DNA of 64,000 nt from the human T2T-CHM13v2.0 reference genome, Homo sapiens, in NCBI GenBank assembly GCA_009914755.4, contig CP086569.2:3840001-3904000 (forward strand), read 5' to 3'. Positions 1 to 14,560 of the stretch are shown here, in pieces. The notes beneath the pieces are model-generated. The model was not told where the DNA came from. It searched no databases and worked only from the letters and a program-made list of their open reading frames with translations. Each line of letters opens with the position of its first letter. The first letter of the stretch is position 1. The position numbers and the translations under genes are program-made.

Positions 1-2827
1 TTTTCATGTATTTCCACGATGTCTTCTCTTGTATTTTGCACATAGATAATGAATACTTGTTAACATGAAAAGTATTGAACAGAGTATTCTCTGTTAACTC
101 TAATCTATATCACAGGTCAAATAAAATAAGATTTGATGGATAGGTACAACCTATCTGTAATAAAATTAGATTTGCACATATAATTGTGCACTGTAAAAAT
201 GTTTCAAAATTTTTTTTTCACTACTCACCACTTATTTTGGTTAAATAATTTCTTAGACAATTTATTTATAAAATATAAATAAATTAAACTCATATTTAAG
301 TTACCATAAATTAGAAATAGAAGGCAAATTAGTATTTATTATAACCAAAACAGCAAGTACATTTGATTAAAATCAAGAAATAGCAAGGAGTTAAGGTAAT
401 TTCCATTCAAAGGATTAATTAATGCAGTATCTTGTATCACAAATTAATCTTACACATGCTTAAATACAAAAAACCTGCTTTATTAAAGCTTCTGGTTATG
501 GTTTCTGGATGGAAATTCAATCCCTTAGGCACAAACAAATATGAAACTAAAATTCTGTTATGTTATATTTCTGTAGCCCAATTATTTCAATTATGATGGC
601 CTTTCAACTATTTCAATTCCAAATATTTTAATTATGATAGCATATATAATAGTCTATGATAAAAATTCCAAGACTAACACATTCTAAATTCTATTTCGCT
701 TAGCAGAAACTCTTTGTAAAGAAATCTTTCTCCAAAATTTAATGTTGTATACTTGGTTGCCTAATTTTAGCAGAAAATAATCAAAAAGTAGCAAAATAAA
801 AATTATGTTAGAGTAAAAATGTTCTGTTGTCTAAAAAGGGGCAATGGCAAATCAGTGTCACCACTAGATCAATGCCACAACACTCTTTTAATAATTATGC
901 TCTCTGGCCTCCCTTTTGACTGAAGTTTACACCTTGCAAGTATAAAACTGTTCTCCACACTTATTCTGAAATATGCTTCTGAAAGAAATGTTGTTTCAAT
1001 AAATTGACTCCAAGTAACCTTGTGAGCCCACGATCAATTATAAAATTTTATTTTTGAAAAATATAAAATTTGCTTTTAAAAAGTGCCATAGAGTGGTCAA
1101 AGTATGGATTTTAATGGAAGAAAATATGTCAGATGATTAAAGGAAAGGAAAGGCCAAATTTTAAATCTTCTTGCTGGTTTAATCACTAATTTGATCTATG
1201 TGACAAGCCTGTACATTTCAGTACCCTGCATATTTATCTTTTGAATAAGAATAGTTGCCCACTTGAGAGGACTTACAGAATGGAGATGCATGTCTGAAGT
1301 GAGCTTAATGAGCAGAGACATTTCCAAAATACAAGAAACTGCAAAATGGGAAGGGAATTAAATTCTGGCCATTTAACTAAATTGCACGTATATCTAATTT
1401 TTCATTTTTAATTGAATGAATACAATCACCTTAAAATATAGCATCAAAAAGCATTTAAAAGTTACAGATTATAAGGCATACTGAAAAATGAATGCTACTG
1501 TAATTGCGATTCTAAGAAATGTCCATTGCAAAGGTGCTGGTCTAGTGCTTCTTAGAGCAAACAGAATTAGATAACAGAGCTTCTTATTTCTTATGATTAG
1601 ATAAAACATTAGCTTGTACCATAAGATTTATATATTAATATCTTTTTGCATAAGTTAAAAATGTTTATTGCAAACACAAATGTGCATATAAAAATAATGG
1701 TCGAAATAAGTTGGCCAAAGAGAGAAATAATACAGCATGGTGGCAATGAAAAAAGACACATCTGCTAAAAATAACAGCAGCAATAAAGAACATACATGTT
1801 TGCACACACAACATAATTACTTAATGTAAAGTGGAGTTATTAGTTACATTAAGAATGAATCATGAAAGTCACAAGGTTAGGAAGGAAATGAAGTAAGAAT
1901 ATCTATTCTTTATTTTAAACTACATAGAAATGTCAGGTCTCTATCAAAAACCTGAAGAAATGTATGTTGCCTAATCATGTTAATCATAGTTCAGACTTTG
2001 GCCAGAAAGACCTCACAGCATTGTTGCAAAAATCAAATGAAATGAGAAATGTACAAGTACTTCATAAACAGCAAAATGTTCCATACATGTATTAGAGACA
2101 TTATCTTTTCAATATTCAGAGAGTCTCACATTCCAATATGGGATAGTGCAAAAAACAAACAAACAAAACTCTAGAACACGGTGGAGAAATTTATTGCTCT
2201 CTGTTCAATTCTTAGATTTTTTTTTTCTTTGCACTAAGCAGTCTCTAAGACACAGGTTAGCCTGGCTTTGAAAGAAGAACAGAGATGATGATAATGTGTT
2301 CTAATAAACATGTCTGGCCAATGCCTCTGTCCTAGGGACAGTCCCTTAGCTATTCTCTAGTGGAGAAATATCTTCCGTTGATCTCCACATAAGCCCACGG
2401 TGATTATACTAGTAAGAGATTAAATGATCTGATCTCTTAATATGAGTGAAAGAGAGAAAGGGGTATGAGAGTGGATCTAATTGACCCAAACAGGACAACA
2501 CACATAATATATTTCTGTATATAAAAACTAAAAAAATAGAAAAAGTCCACATTGTGCCAGCAGAGAATGCAATGTTAAGAACAATTTACAGATGAGAAAA
2601 GTGAGACAATGACAAAGTAACTTTTCCAATATAATATAAAAGATGTCACAGAGCCTGAATTCGAACTTTTATTTATCTGATTTCAAAGCAAAATAAGCTA
2701 TTTATTATTACATGAAGCACACTGAAATGAGACCAAGAAGAATACACATGTAAGAATAGTCCAACTTATTTTTTTTTATCAGTAGACTAGTTACTAGGGA
2801 AATTTTAGATTTATAAAATTTAAATGG

Positions 2828-3168
<341 letters not shown>

Positions 3169-3179
3169 TCAATCACACA

Positions 3180-3832
3180 CAGCTTCCCTTATTATTATAT
3201 TGCATTAATGTGATACATTAGTTACAATTGATGAGCCAATATAGATTCATTATTATTAGCTAAATTCCATGGTTTATATCAAGTTTCACTTTTAGTATTG
3301 TACATACTATGGGTTTTGACAAATATATAATGTATATCCACCATTATACTACTATAACACAGAATAGTCCCACTGCCCTTGAAATCCTGTACTCCACCTA
3401 TTTATTCCCACCTTCTGAAACGTGGCAATCACTGATCTTTTACTGTCTCCATAATTTTGCCCTTTCCAGAGTGTTATATAGTTGGAATGATAGAGTATGT
3501 AATATTTTGACATTGACCTGTGTCACTTAGAATTATGCATTTTGGGTGCCTGCTTGTTTATTTATGGCTTGATAGGTCATTTTATTTTCATTTATTTATT
3601 TTTTACTGAATAATATTCCATTGTATAGATGTACCACAGTTTATTCATTCCCCTATGAAAAACATCTTGGTTGCTTTCAAGTTGAGGTAATTACAAATAA
3701 AACTTCTCTAAACATGTGTATGCAGGTTATTGTGTAGACACAATTTTCAAATAATTAGGTGAAATACAAAAGAGTACAATTGCTGGATTGTAATCAAGTA
3801 TATGTTTAGTTTTATACAAAATTGCCAAATAT
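3180..3832 (-). mobile_element. Older LINE-1 (L1M/L1PB-like): 3' UTR and ORF2 C-terminal region in antisense. Left half of an L1 split by a nested L1.
   Basis: Antisense match to the L1 ORF2 C-terminus/3'UTR (e.g. ...ctgaataatattccattgtatagatgtaccacagtttattcattc...). Continues after the nested element at 6333. Confidence 0.7.
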
Positions 3833-6317
3833 AGAGACACAGCAAAAAAGTGAAACTTCAGGCTAATATCCCTAATGAACCTTGATGCAAAAATTCTTAA
3901 CAAAATACTAGCAAACTGAATCCAGAAACACAACAAAAAGTAAATTCACTGTGAACAAGTAGGCCTTATTACTGGCATGAAAAGTTGTTTTAACACCTGC
4001 AAATCAATAAATATGATTTGCCATATGAAAATAATTAATAACAATATTTAAATGAACATCTCGATAGATGTGGAAAAAGCTTTAGATAAAATCCTAAATC
4101 CCTTCATGGTAAAATCCCTCAAAAAACTAGTCATTGAAGGAACATACTTCAAAATAATAAGAGCCATCTATGACAAACCCACAGTCAACATTATATGGAA
4201 TTGGCAAAACCTGAAAACATTTCTCTTGAGACCCACAACAAGGGAAGAATGCCCACTCCCATCACTCCTATTCAACATAGTACTGAAAATTGAAGCCAGG
4301 GCAATCAGGCAAGAAAAATAAATTAAAAGTGTCCAAATAGGAAAAAAAATTCAAACTATGTCTCCTTGTCATTTATATGATTCTATATACCTAGAAAACA
4401 CTAAAGACTCTGCCAAAAGCCTCATAGAACTTGAAGAAAAACTTCAGTAAAGTTTCCGGATAAAAAATCAATGTACAAAAATTAGTATCATTTCTATACA
4501 CCAATAATATTCTATCTCAGAGCCAAATCAAGAACACAATCCCATTTACAATAGCCACACAGACAAAAAATAAAATACCTAGGAATGCATCTAGCAAAGG
4601 AGGTGAAAGATCTCTACAAGAAGAACTACAAAACACTGCTGAAAGAAATCATAGATGACACAAATAAATGGAAACAAATCCTGTGCTCATGGATCGAAAG
4701 AATCATATTGTTAAAATGGCCATACTACCCAAAGCAATCTGCAGATTCAACACTATTCCTATCAAACTACCAAAATCATTTTTCACAGAATTAAGAAAAC
4801 ACTATTCTAAAATTCATATGAAATGAAAAAGAAGCTTGAATAGTGAAAGCAATCCTAATCCAATAGAAGAAAAGCTGGAAGCATCACATTGCCTGTCCTC
4901 AAACCATACTACAAAACTACAGTAACTGAAACAGCATTGTACTGGTACAAAAACACACATAGTCCAATGGAACAGAATAGAGAGCACAAACATAAAGCCA
5001 CACACCTACAACCATCTGATCTTTGAAAATTTGACAAAAATAAGCAAAGGGGAAAAGATTCCTTCTTCAAAAAATGGTGCTGAGATAATTGGCTATACAT
5101 AAGAATAAGAATAAAATTGGACCCCTACCTGTCACCATATGCAAAAATTAAGTCAAGATGGATTAAAACTTAAGTCTAAGACCTCAAAGTATCAAAGTAC
5201 TAGAAGAAAACCTAGGCAATAGCTGTCTTAATATTGGCCTTGGCAAGGAATTTATATCTATTTCCTCAAAAGCAACTGCAACAGAAACAAAAATTGACAA
5301 GTGAGACCTAATTAAACTAAAGAGCTTCTGCACAAGAAGAGAAACTAAGGCAGTAAACAGTCAAACTACATAAGGGGAGAAAACATTCCCAAACTATGCA
5401 TCTGACAAAGGTGTAACCTCCATAATCCGTAAGGAACTTAATCAAATAAAAAAGCAAAAAGCAAAGAACTCTATTAAAAAGTAGGCAAAGGACATGAATG
5501 GATACTTCTGAAAAGACACACAAGCAGGCAACAAACATGAAAAAAGTGCAGCATCTCCAATCATCAGATAAATGCAAATCAAAGCCACAATGAAATACCT
5601 TCTAACACCAGTCAGAATGAATTTTGTTAAAAAGCCAAAAAATTACAGATGTTGGCAAGGCTGCAGATAAAATAAGACACTTATACACTGTTGTTGAGAA
5701 TGTAAATTAGTCCAGCCAATTGGGAGAGCAGTTTGGAGATTTTTCAAAGAAGTAAGAGTTGAACTACCATTCAATCCAACAATCCCATTAGTGGGCATAT
5801 ACCCAAAAGAAAAATAAATATTTCTATCAAAAGGACATGCATCCCTGTGTATTCATCACAGTGCTATTCACAATAGCAAAAACATGGAATCAACTCAAAT
5901 GCCCATCAATGGTAGGTTGGATAAAGATAATGTGATACATATACACCAGGGAATACTATGCAATAATGTAAAAGAATGAAATCATGTGCTCTGCAGCAAC
6001 ACAGGTGCAGCTGGAGGCCATTATCCTAAGCAAGCTAATGCAGAAACAACAAATCAAATACTGCATCCTCTTACCTTATTTAGAGGCTAAATTCTGGGGA
6101 CACATGGACATAAAGATGGGAATAGTAGGCATTGAGGGCCACTACAGAGGAGAGGAAGGGAGTGGGGCAAGGCTGGAAAGACTACCTATTGAGTACTATG
6201 CTCACTACCTCAGTGATGGATTCAGTCCCCAAACATCAGCATCACACAACATACCTTTGGAACAAGTCTGCACATGTACCCATGATTCTAAAATACGAAT
6301 TGAAAAAGAAAAAATAA
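3833..6317 (+). mobile_element. 5'-truncated LINE-1 (ORF2 RT domain through 3' UTR, poly(A) tail at 6296-6320) nested into the older antisense L1
   Basis: ORFs 4052-4321 (...[19 protein letters not shown]...[12 protein letters not shown]...ARAIRQEK) and 4585-4794 (KDLYKKNYKTLLKEI...NKWK) are L1 ORF2 RT and downstream. The 3' end is ...catgtacccatgattctaaaatacgaattgaaaaagaaaaaataaaaa. A 15-bp TSD flanks it: aaaattgccaaatat (3818-3832) and aaaactgccaaatat (6318-6332). Confidence 0.85.
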
Positions 6318-6332
6318 AAAACTGCCAAATAT

Positions 6333-8450
6333 CTTCTAAAATGTTTATACCATTTTGCATTATGGTCAACAATGAATGAGAGCTCCTGTTCCTGTACATT
6401 TTCTCTGGTGTTTGGTTTTGTCAATGTTTTGAATTTTTACCCTCCTAATAGGTGGGTAATTGTATTTCATTGTTGTTTTAATTTGCAACTCCTTAAAGAG
6501 AAAGAAGAACATCTTTTTATAAGCTTATTTGCCATTTGTATACCTTCTTTGATGGGGTATCTGTTTAGATCACTAGCCCATTTTTGAGTTCTTTGTTTTT
6601 TACATTGTTAAACTTTGTGTTCTTGTCATATTTTGGATTACAGTCCTTTTATTCTATATGTCTTTTGAAAAATTCTTCTTCTATTCTGTAGCTTGTCTTC
6701 TCACTGTCTTGACAGTGTCTTTTGAAGAGCAAAGTTTTTAAGTTTTAATGAAGACCAGCTTATTATTTTCTTTAAATAGATCATGCCTTTGTTCTTGTAT
6801 CTAAAATGTCACTGCCAAATCCAAGGTCAACGGAAATTTTTTCTATGATATCTTATAGGAGTTCTATAGTTTTGCATTTTTAACCTGGATTTTTAAAATT
6901 AATTTTTGAAAAGTACATCTGTGTCTGGTTTGTTTTTGTTTATGTATTTTGTGAATGAAGTTATCCAGTTGTTCCTGCACTATTTGCTGGAAAAAATCCT
7001 TAATTCATATATTGCCTTTTCTCCTTACTCAAAAATCAGTTGACTATATTTGTGAAGGTCTACTTCTGGACTCTATTCTACTCCAATATATATTTGTATA
7101 ATATTTTGCCAATACCACACTTTCTTGATTGCTTTAGCTTTATACTAAGTCTTAAAGTCAGGTAGTGTCAGCTTTCCAAGTTTGTCTTGTCTTTCAATAT
7201 TGTGTTGGCCAGGTTGTGTGTTTTGCCTTCATATATAAACTTTATGATCTATTTCTCAACATTCATAAAATTATTTGCTAAGATTTTGATTGAGTGTGTT
7301 GCCTCTATGGATAATATTCTATTTATATAAAACATATTTCCATTTATTTGTATCTTCTCTGATTTCTTTCATCTGAGTATTATGATTTTCCTATGTATAT
7401 TTTGTACATATTCTACTAGATTTTTAACTAAGTATTTCATTTTTAGGTGTTAATGTAAATACAATTTTGATTTTAATTTCAAATTTTATTTATTCTCTGT
7501 TGACTTGGGTATGTTAGTCTTGCATCTTGCAACCTTATTTTAATTGCTTATTAGTTCAAGTATTTTGTTGTTGATTGCTTGGAATTTTATGCATAGACAA
7601 TCATGTTATCTGAGAACAAAGACAGTATATTTTGTGTGATTAATATTTTTAAAAATTGTTAAGATGTGTTTTATGTCCCAAAATACGTTCTATCCTGTTG
7701 AATGTTTAATATGGGCTTGGAAAAAATGTGTATTCTTCTGTTGTTGAATAAAATACTCTATGCATATAAATTACATCCAGTTGGTTGATGAAGTTGGTGA
7801 GTTCAATTATGTCCTTAGTGATTTTCTGTTACTGGATCTTTTAATTACTGATAGAGGAGTATTGAAGTCTCCAACTACAATGGAGTATTAATCCATTTAT
7901 TCTTGCATTTCTTACCGTTTTTGTCTTACCTATTTCGACACTCTGTTATTAGGCCCATACACACTGAGAATTGTTATATCTTCTTAAAAATGGACTCCTT
8001 CCTAATTATGTAATATACTTCTTTGTCTCTAGTCATTTTATTTTTTGCTCCAAAGCGGGCTGTATCTAAAATTAATATAACTACTCAATATTTCTTGTTA
8101 TTAGTGTTAACATGATAGAATATTTCCCAATTCTTAACTTTAATCTATTTTTTATATTAAAATGGGTGTATTGAAGAGAACATATGTTTATGATTATTTT
8201 AAATCCACTATGTTAGCATCTTTCTTTTAATTGGAGTATTCAGACCACTGACATTTAAAGTGAATATTGACATAGTTGGATTAATATCTACCATATTTGT
8301 TACTTTTTTCTACTTATTGGTTTTGCCCTCTGTTTCTGTTAGTTCCACTCTTTTTCTGCCTTTTGTAGTTTTAACTGAACATTTTATATTTCATTTTATG
8401 TCCTTATTAGAATATCAGTTATATTTCTTATACATAACTTAACCAAAATC
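6333..8450 (-). mobile_element. Continuation of the older L1 (ORF2 region antisense, internally deleted, ends near the ORF2 start)
   Basis: Resumes exactly where 3180-3832 stops (ccattttgcatt...caatgaatgagag...). 8160-8300 matches the antisense ORF2 N-terminus (tttaattggagtattcagaccactgacatttaaagtgaatattga). Confidence 0.65.
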
Positions 8451-10244
8451 ATCATAACAACGTGATTATGTTTCATGGATAAGTAAAATGAATGGCAAAA
8501 CACTTGTAAGAGTTGTGAGACAAGTTAATAATATTCCAAGTTAACTTGCACTACACATGTAATAGTATAGTGCTAATAAAAGTAGAGCTAAATTCATTGT
8601 ACAAGTGTATTTCAAATTTTTAGGAAACAATTAAAATTTTTTAAGAAATATAAGTTTTACTACCCTGATGGTTTATTTGATAAACATTAGGTTAATAATT
8701 TGAATGTAATAAAATTCTCAATCTTTCATTTATAATTACCCTTTTTTGTATATATTTTCTCCTGTAATGTATAAATTTGCATGAATTCATTTTTATTGTT
8801 AATTAAATGTTTTAAAATATCTTTTGAGGTATGATGGACAAATGAAAACCTGTACATATTTAACATAAACTAATTCATGAGTTTGCAGATAAGTGTACAT
8901 CCTTGAAATCATGAAAAATATTGTGTTCCCAGAATAAGCATAATTTGTTTTGATTTATAATTCCCTTTATTCCTTAATATATTCATATAGCTAATAATAT
9001 ATTTAGAATCTTGATATCAATGTTCAATAATAGCCATTGGCCTGAATTGTTTTTCTTATTAGGTCTTTGTCATGATTTGATATCAAAGTCATCCTATGTT
9101 CACAAAACTATTTAGAAAGGCTTTTTTTCACCTTTAATATTCTTGATTTGTTTATGTAATATTGAGTTTCCTTTCTTAAATATTTGGTAGAAGTTACCAA
9201 AGAAGGTACCCCTATCTATATCTGGACCAGCTCATTTGTTTGCTAGTTTTTTGTTGTTGTTGTTGTTTTTTAAATTGTAGGAAATTTATATTTGGGCAAA
9301 TTTTATGCCTAATTTCAGCATAATGAAAAATGTCTTCTGATCATTTGAATTTACCAACGCAAATGTATACCCAGAAAATTCAGTCCAATTAACGTCATAA
9401 GGACAACACTGAATTCATTCCAGTTAGCCAACCCAAAAGGGTTGTATAGACAACCCACAACCAAAGAGTTGTATAGGCAACCCAGAATAGCCAGGGTAGC
9501 CCATTTTTATTAAAGGGAGTAAAACTATATAACTATAATAGATTTAGTTTGTGAAGATTAATAATACTATTAATAAATAGTTGATCATAATGAAGAAGAG
9601 GATGATTCTCAACAATAAATTAGTTAATTTTGCTTTTTGTTGATAAAAGAGATAAAATATCTGGCAAGAACAATGGTTTAAATTGCTGATACTAGCTTGT
9701 AGTCTACCTACAGATCTTCATTATCTTTATTTCTGTCCTCTAGGATAGTATAAATTATCTCTAGAAAATATAGTTTATTTAAAAATTAATATCCATCAGA
9801 ATTCTATTTTTCCAAGGCTATTTTTTTCTATAGTGTTTCAAACCACAGAAAACCTATATATCTGTATATGGAACATATTGAGAGTAATGTAAAGCATAAT
9901 GGTGCAACCACCTACAGATAGTGAAGAGAATTAACATAATAATTTTAAAAATACCAACTGAAAATCTTCTTTGCATAAGCCAAAAATAGTTAACTACATG
10001 CTGCTAGAGTATAAGTGTTTTAAAAGGAAGTGATAAAGATATTCTTTATTTAGCTCTATTTTATACAACATGTAATCTTGTTGTAAAGAAACATTTACTG
10101 TCTAGTTTACACTTTGTGGTTCATAATACCAACACTTACATAAACTAATTAACTAATGAAAATATGTCTTATCTTGTAAGTACTTTGGATAAGAATAGGT
10201 TCTCAACATTGTTTTTTGGTATTCTTACTTTTTTCTTCTGCTCA

Positions 10245-13200
10245 TTATTTTTTTTTATTTAATTAATTAAAAAAATTTAAGTTCAGGAGATACGTGTGCA
10301 GGTCTGCTACATGGGTTTATTGTGTAATGATGAGGTTTCCTCCTGGTGAACCCGTCACCCAAATAGTGAACATAGCACATGATAGGGAGGTTTTTGAATC
10401 CTTTCCCCTCCCTCTCTCTCGCCTTTTGTAGTCACCAGTGTCTATTATTTCCATCTTTGTGTCTACGCATGCCCATCCCATTTTTTATCTTCCACTTATC
10501 AGTGAGAACATATAATATTTGATTTTCTGCTTCTCAGTTATTTTACTTAGGAATAGTCTCCAGCTTCATCCATGTTGCAGCAAAGGTCATGATTTCATTC
10601 TTTTTTATGGCTGCATGGTATTCTGTGGTGCATACAAGCCACATTTTTTATTCTAGTCAACCACTGATGGATATTTAGGTTAGTTCCATGACTTTGCTAT
10701 TGTGAATAGTGCTGCAATAAACACACAAGTGCAGGTATCTGTTTGATGAAACAATTTCTTTTTCTTTGGGTAAATACCCAGTAATAGGATTGCTGGGTCA
10801 AATGGTAGTGGCTGTTCTATGTTTAGTCCTTTGAAAAGTCTACATACTGTTTTCCGTATGACTAAACTAATTTACATTCCCACCAACAGTGTATGAGCAT
10901 TCTATTTTCTCTGCATCCTTGCCAACATTTGTTAGTTTTTGACTTTTTATAATAGTCATTCTGACTGGTGTGAGATGATATCTCATTGTGGTTTTAATTT
11001 GCATTTCTTTGATAATTAGTGATGTTGATCACTTATACACATGTTTATTGACCACGTGTATGTCTTCTTTTGAGAAATCTCTGTTTAGGTTCTTTGCCCA
11101 CTTTTTGATGGATTTATTTGTGTTTTTTTGTTGTTGATTTGCTTAAGTTCTTTATATAATCTGAATATTAGTCCCTTGTCAGATGCATAGTTAGAAAACA
11201 CTTTCTGCCGTTTTGTAGGTTGACTGTTTACTTTTCTGATCATTTCTTTTGCTGTGCAGAAGCTCTTTAGTTTAAGTCCCACTGGACATATTTTTTGTTT
11301 TTATTGCATTTGCTTTTGAAGTCTTAATCATAAATTCTTAGCCTAAGCCAGTGTCCAGAATAATTTTTCTTAGATTTTCTTTTAGTATTTTTATACTTTC
11401 AGGTATTACATTTAAGTCTTTAATCCATTTTGAGTTAATTTTTGTACGTAATGAGAGCTAGTGGTCCAGTTTCATTCTTCTGCATATGCCTACCCAGTTT
11501 TCCTAGCACCATTTATTGAATAGAATATCCTTTCCCCATTGTTTATTTTTGACAACTTTGTCAAAGATCAGTTTCTTTTATGTATGTGGCTTTATTTGTG
11601 GGTTCCTTACTCTATCCCATTGATCTATGTGTGTATTTTTATACCAGTACCATGCTTCCTTGGTTACTATAGCACTGTAATATAGTTTGAAGTCAGGTAA
11701 CAAGATGCTTCCAGTTTTTTTGTTGTTGTTGTTTTGCTTGTTTACTTAGGATTGCTTTGGCTCTTCAGGATATTTTTGGTTTTCTATGAATTTTAGAATA
11801 GTTGTTTTCTAATTCTGTAAAAAATAACATTGGTAAATTGATAGAAATTGTGTTGCATCTGTAGATTGATTTAGGCAGTATAGTCATGTAAATGATACTG
11901 ATTTTTCTTATCCATGAGACTGGGATGTTTTGACATTTGTCCGTGTTATCTATAATTTCTTTCATCAGTGTTTTGTAGTTCTCCTGTAGCAGTCTTTCGT
12001 TGCCTTGGTTAAATGCATTGCCAGGTATTTTTTGTTTATACAGCTATTGTAATTGGGATTTAGTTCCTGATTTGGTTTCAGTTTGAGTGTTGGTGCATAG
12101 AAATACAACTAATTTTTGTATGTTAATTTTGCATCCTGGACCTTTACTAAACTTCTTTATCAAGTCTTGGAGTATTTTGGAGGACTGTTTAGGATTTTCT
12201 ATGTATAAGATTATGTCATCAGCAGTCAGAGATAATTTGGCTTCTTTTTTTTTCCAATTTAGAAGCCTTTTTTTTCTTTCTTTCTTTTGCCTGATTTCTC
12301 TGACTAGGGCTTCCAGTATTATGTTAAATAGCAGTGGTGAAAGTGGACATCCTTGTCTTGCTTCAGTTCCTAGGGGAAATATTTTCAACTTTTCCACATG
12401 TGGTATAACACTGGCTGTGGGTTTATCATATATGGCTCTTATTATTTTGAAGTATGTTCCTTAAATGCTTAGTTTGTTGAGGGCTTTAGTTATAAAGGGA
12501 TGTTGGGTATTATCAAATGCTTTGTCTGCCTCTATTGAGATGACCATATGGTTTTTTTTTTTAATTCTGTTTATGTGGTTAATCAGATTTATTGATTTAT
12601 GTATTTTGAACTATCCTTTCATCTCTGCAATGAAACACACTTGATCATGATTAATTATGTTTTGTGTTATTGCTGGATTCATTTGGCTAGTATTTTGTGG
12701 AGGATTTTTGTCTACATGTTCATCAGAGATATTGGCCTGTAATTTGTTGTCATTGTCGTTTGTGTCTTTATTGAATCTTGCTATCAGGATGATACTGGTT
12801 TTGTAAAATTAGGAAGAAATTCTTCTTTCTTGACTTTTTGGAACAGTTTCAGTAAGATTGGTACCAGCTCTTCTTTATCTGACAGAATTTGACTGTGAAT
12901 CTGCTTGGTTCTATTTTCTCTTTTGGTAGAAATTTTATTACTAATTCATTTTCATACCTCATTATTTTCCTGTACAGGATTTCAACTTCTTCCTAGTTCA
13001 ATATTGAGAGATTGTATATTTCCAGGATTTTTTCCATTTCCCCTAGGTTTTCTAGTTTGTGTGCATACTTATGTTCATAGCAGTCTCTAAGAAGCTTTTG
13101 TATTTCTGTAATATTATTCATAATGTGAAAGTTGTTAAGATCTTTATTTTTTTTTATGTAGGCATTTAGTGCTATAAACTTTCCCCTTAACACTTTCTGT

Positions 13201-14560
13201 ATCACAGAAGTTTCAGTATGTTATTTCTCTGTTTCCATTTACTTCATTTTTTAAATTTCTGCCTTTTATTGCTTACACAAAAATTATTCAGAATGAAGTT
13301 AGTTTCTATGTTCTTGTGTGGTTTTGAGAGTTTCTCTCAGTATTGATTTCTAATTTTATTTCACTGTGATCTGAAAAGGTGCTTGATATGATTGAGATTT
13401 TTAAAAAAAGATTGTGACTTTATTTATGACCAAGCATATGATCTATTTTAGAAAATGTTCCATGCACAGATGAGAAAAAATTATATATCTTTTTAGCGTA
13501 ATTTTGTGTAGATGTGTATTGGGTCTATTGTTCAGGAGTCCAATTTAATTCCAGAGTTTGTTAGTTTTCTGCCTCAGTGATCTGTCTAGTGCTTCTAGTA
13601 GGGTTTTAAAGCTCCCTACTAGTATTATATGAATGTCTGTCTCTTTATTGGGTCTAGTAATATTTGTTTTATTACTCTGTGTTCTCTGGTGTTGGGTGTA
13701 TATATGTTTAGAATAATTAAATTTTCTTGTTTAATTGAGCCATTTAGCATTATATGATGCCTTTCTTTGTCTTTTTTTTATTTTACTGTTGTTTTAAAGT
13801 CTATTTTATCTGATACAAGAATATCAACCCCTGCTTCTTTTTTGTTTTTCATTTGTGTGATATATCTTTTTCTACTCCATTATTCTGAGTTTGTGGGGGT
13901 CATTACATGTTTGGTGGGTTTTTGAAGGCAACAGATGTTTGGGTCATCTTTAAATCCAATTTGCCAGTCTACATCTTTTAAGTGGAGTATTTAGGCCATT
14001 TATGTTAAAAGTTAATATTGATATGTGAGGTTTTGTTCCTGTCATAGTGTTTTTGACTAGGTACAGTGTAGTCTCAATTGTGTAACTGCTTTAGAGGACC
14101 TGTGGATTTTGTCTGTAAGTGTGCTTTTATGGTAGCAAGTATTGTCTTTTTTTTTTCCACGTTTAAAACTCCTTTGAGCATTTCTTACATGATTGGTCTG
14201 GTTGTGATGAATTCCCTTAGCATTTGCTTATCTGGGAAATTTTTAACTTCTTCTTTAAGAGGCTTAGTTTGGCAGGATATGCAATTCTTGGTTGACATTT
14301 ATTTTTCTTAAGAAGTCTAAAAATAGGCCCCCAATCTCATCTGGCTTGTAAAGTTTCTCCTGGGAAGTCTGCTCTTAACTCTGTTTTGATTTCCTTTATA
14401 GGTAATTTGACCCTTTTCTCTAGCTGTTTTTAAGATTCTTTTCTTTAGCATTGACCTTAGATAGTACAAATACAGAATGCTTCATATATTTGCATGTTAT
14501 CTTTGCCAGGGGGCATTCTAAACTTCTCTGTATTGTTCTAATTTTAGTATATGTGCTTCT
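10245..14560 (-). mobile_element. 5'-truncated LINE-1 (L1PA/L1PB-like, ~4.3 kb): 3'UTR, ORF2 and ORF1 C-terminus, antisense
   Basis: T-rich tail at 10245-10276, then tttaagttcaggagatacgtgtgcaggt... Minus-strand ORFs 11085-11282 ([10 protein letters not shown]...NSQPT), 11765-11965, 12044-12397 ([15 protein letters not shown]...) and 12993-13205 are L1 ORF2. 14150-14350 is antisense to the ORF1 C-terminus. Confidence 0.9.

Noticed and set aside
3180-6317. Twin-priming (5'-inverted) L1 structure for the antisense and sense L1 pieces
   Set aside because: The inverted piece corresponds to L1 positions 3' of, and overlapping, the direct piece. The direct piece has its own 15-bp TSD whose outer flanks are contiguous antisense L1. 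Nesting of two independent insertions explains it better.
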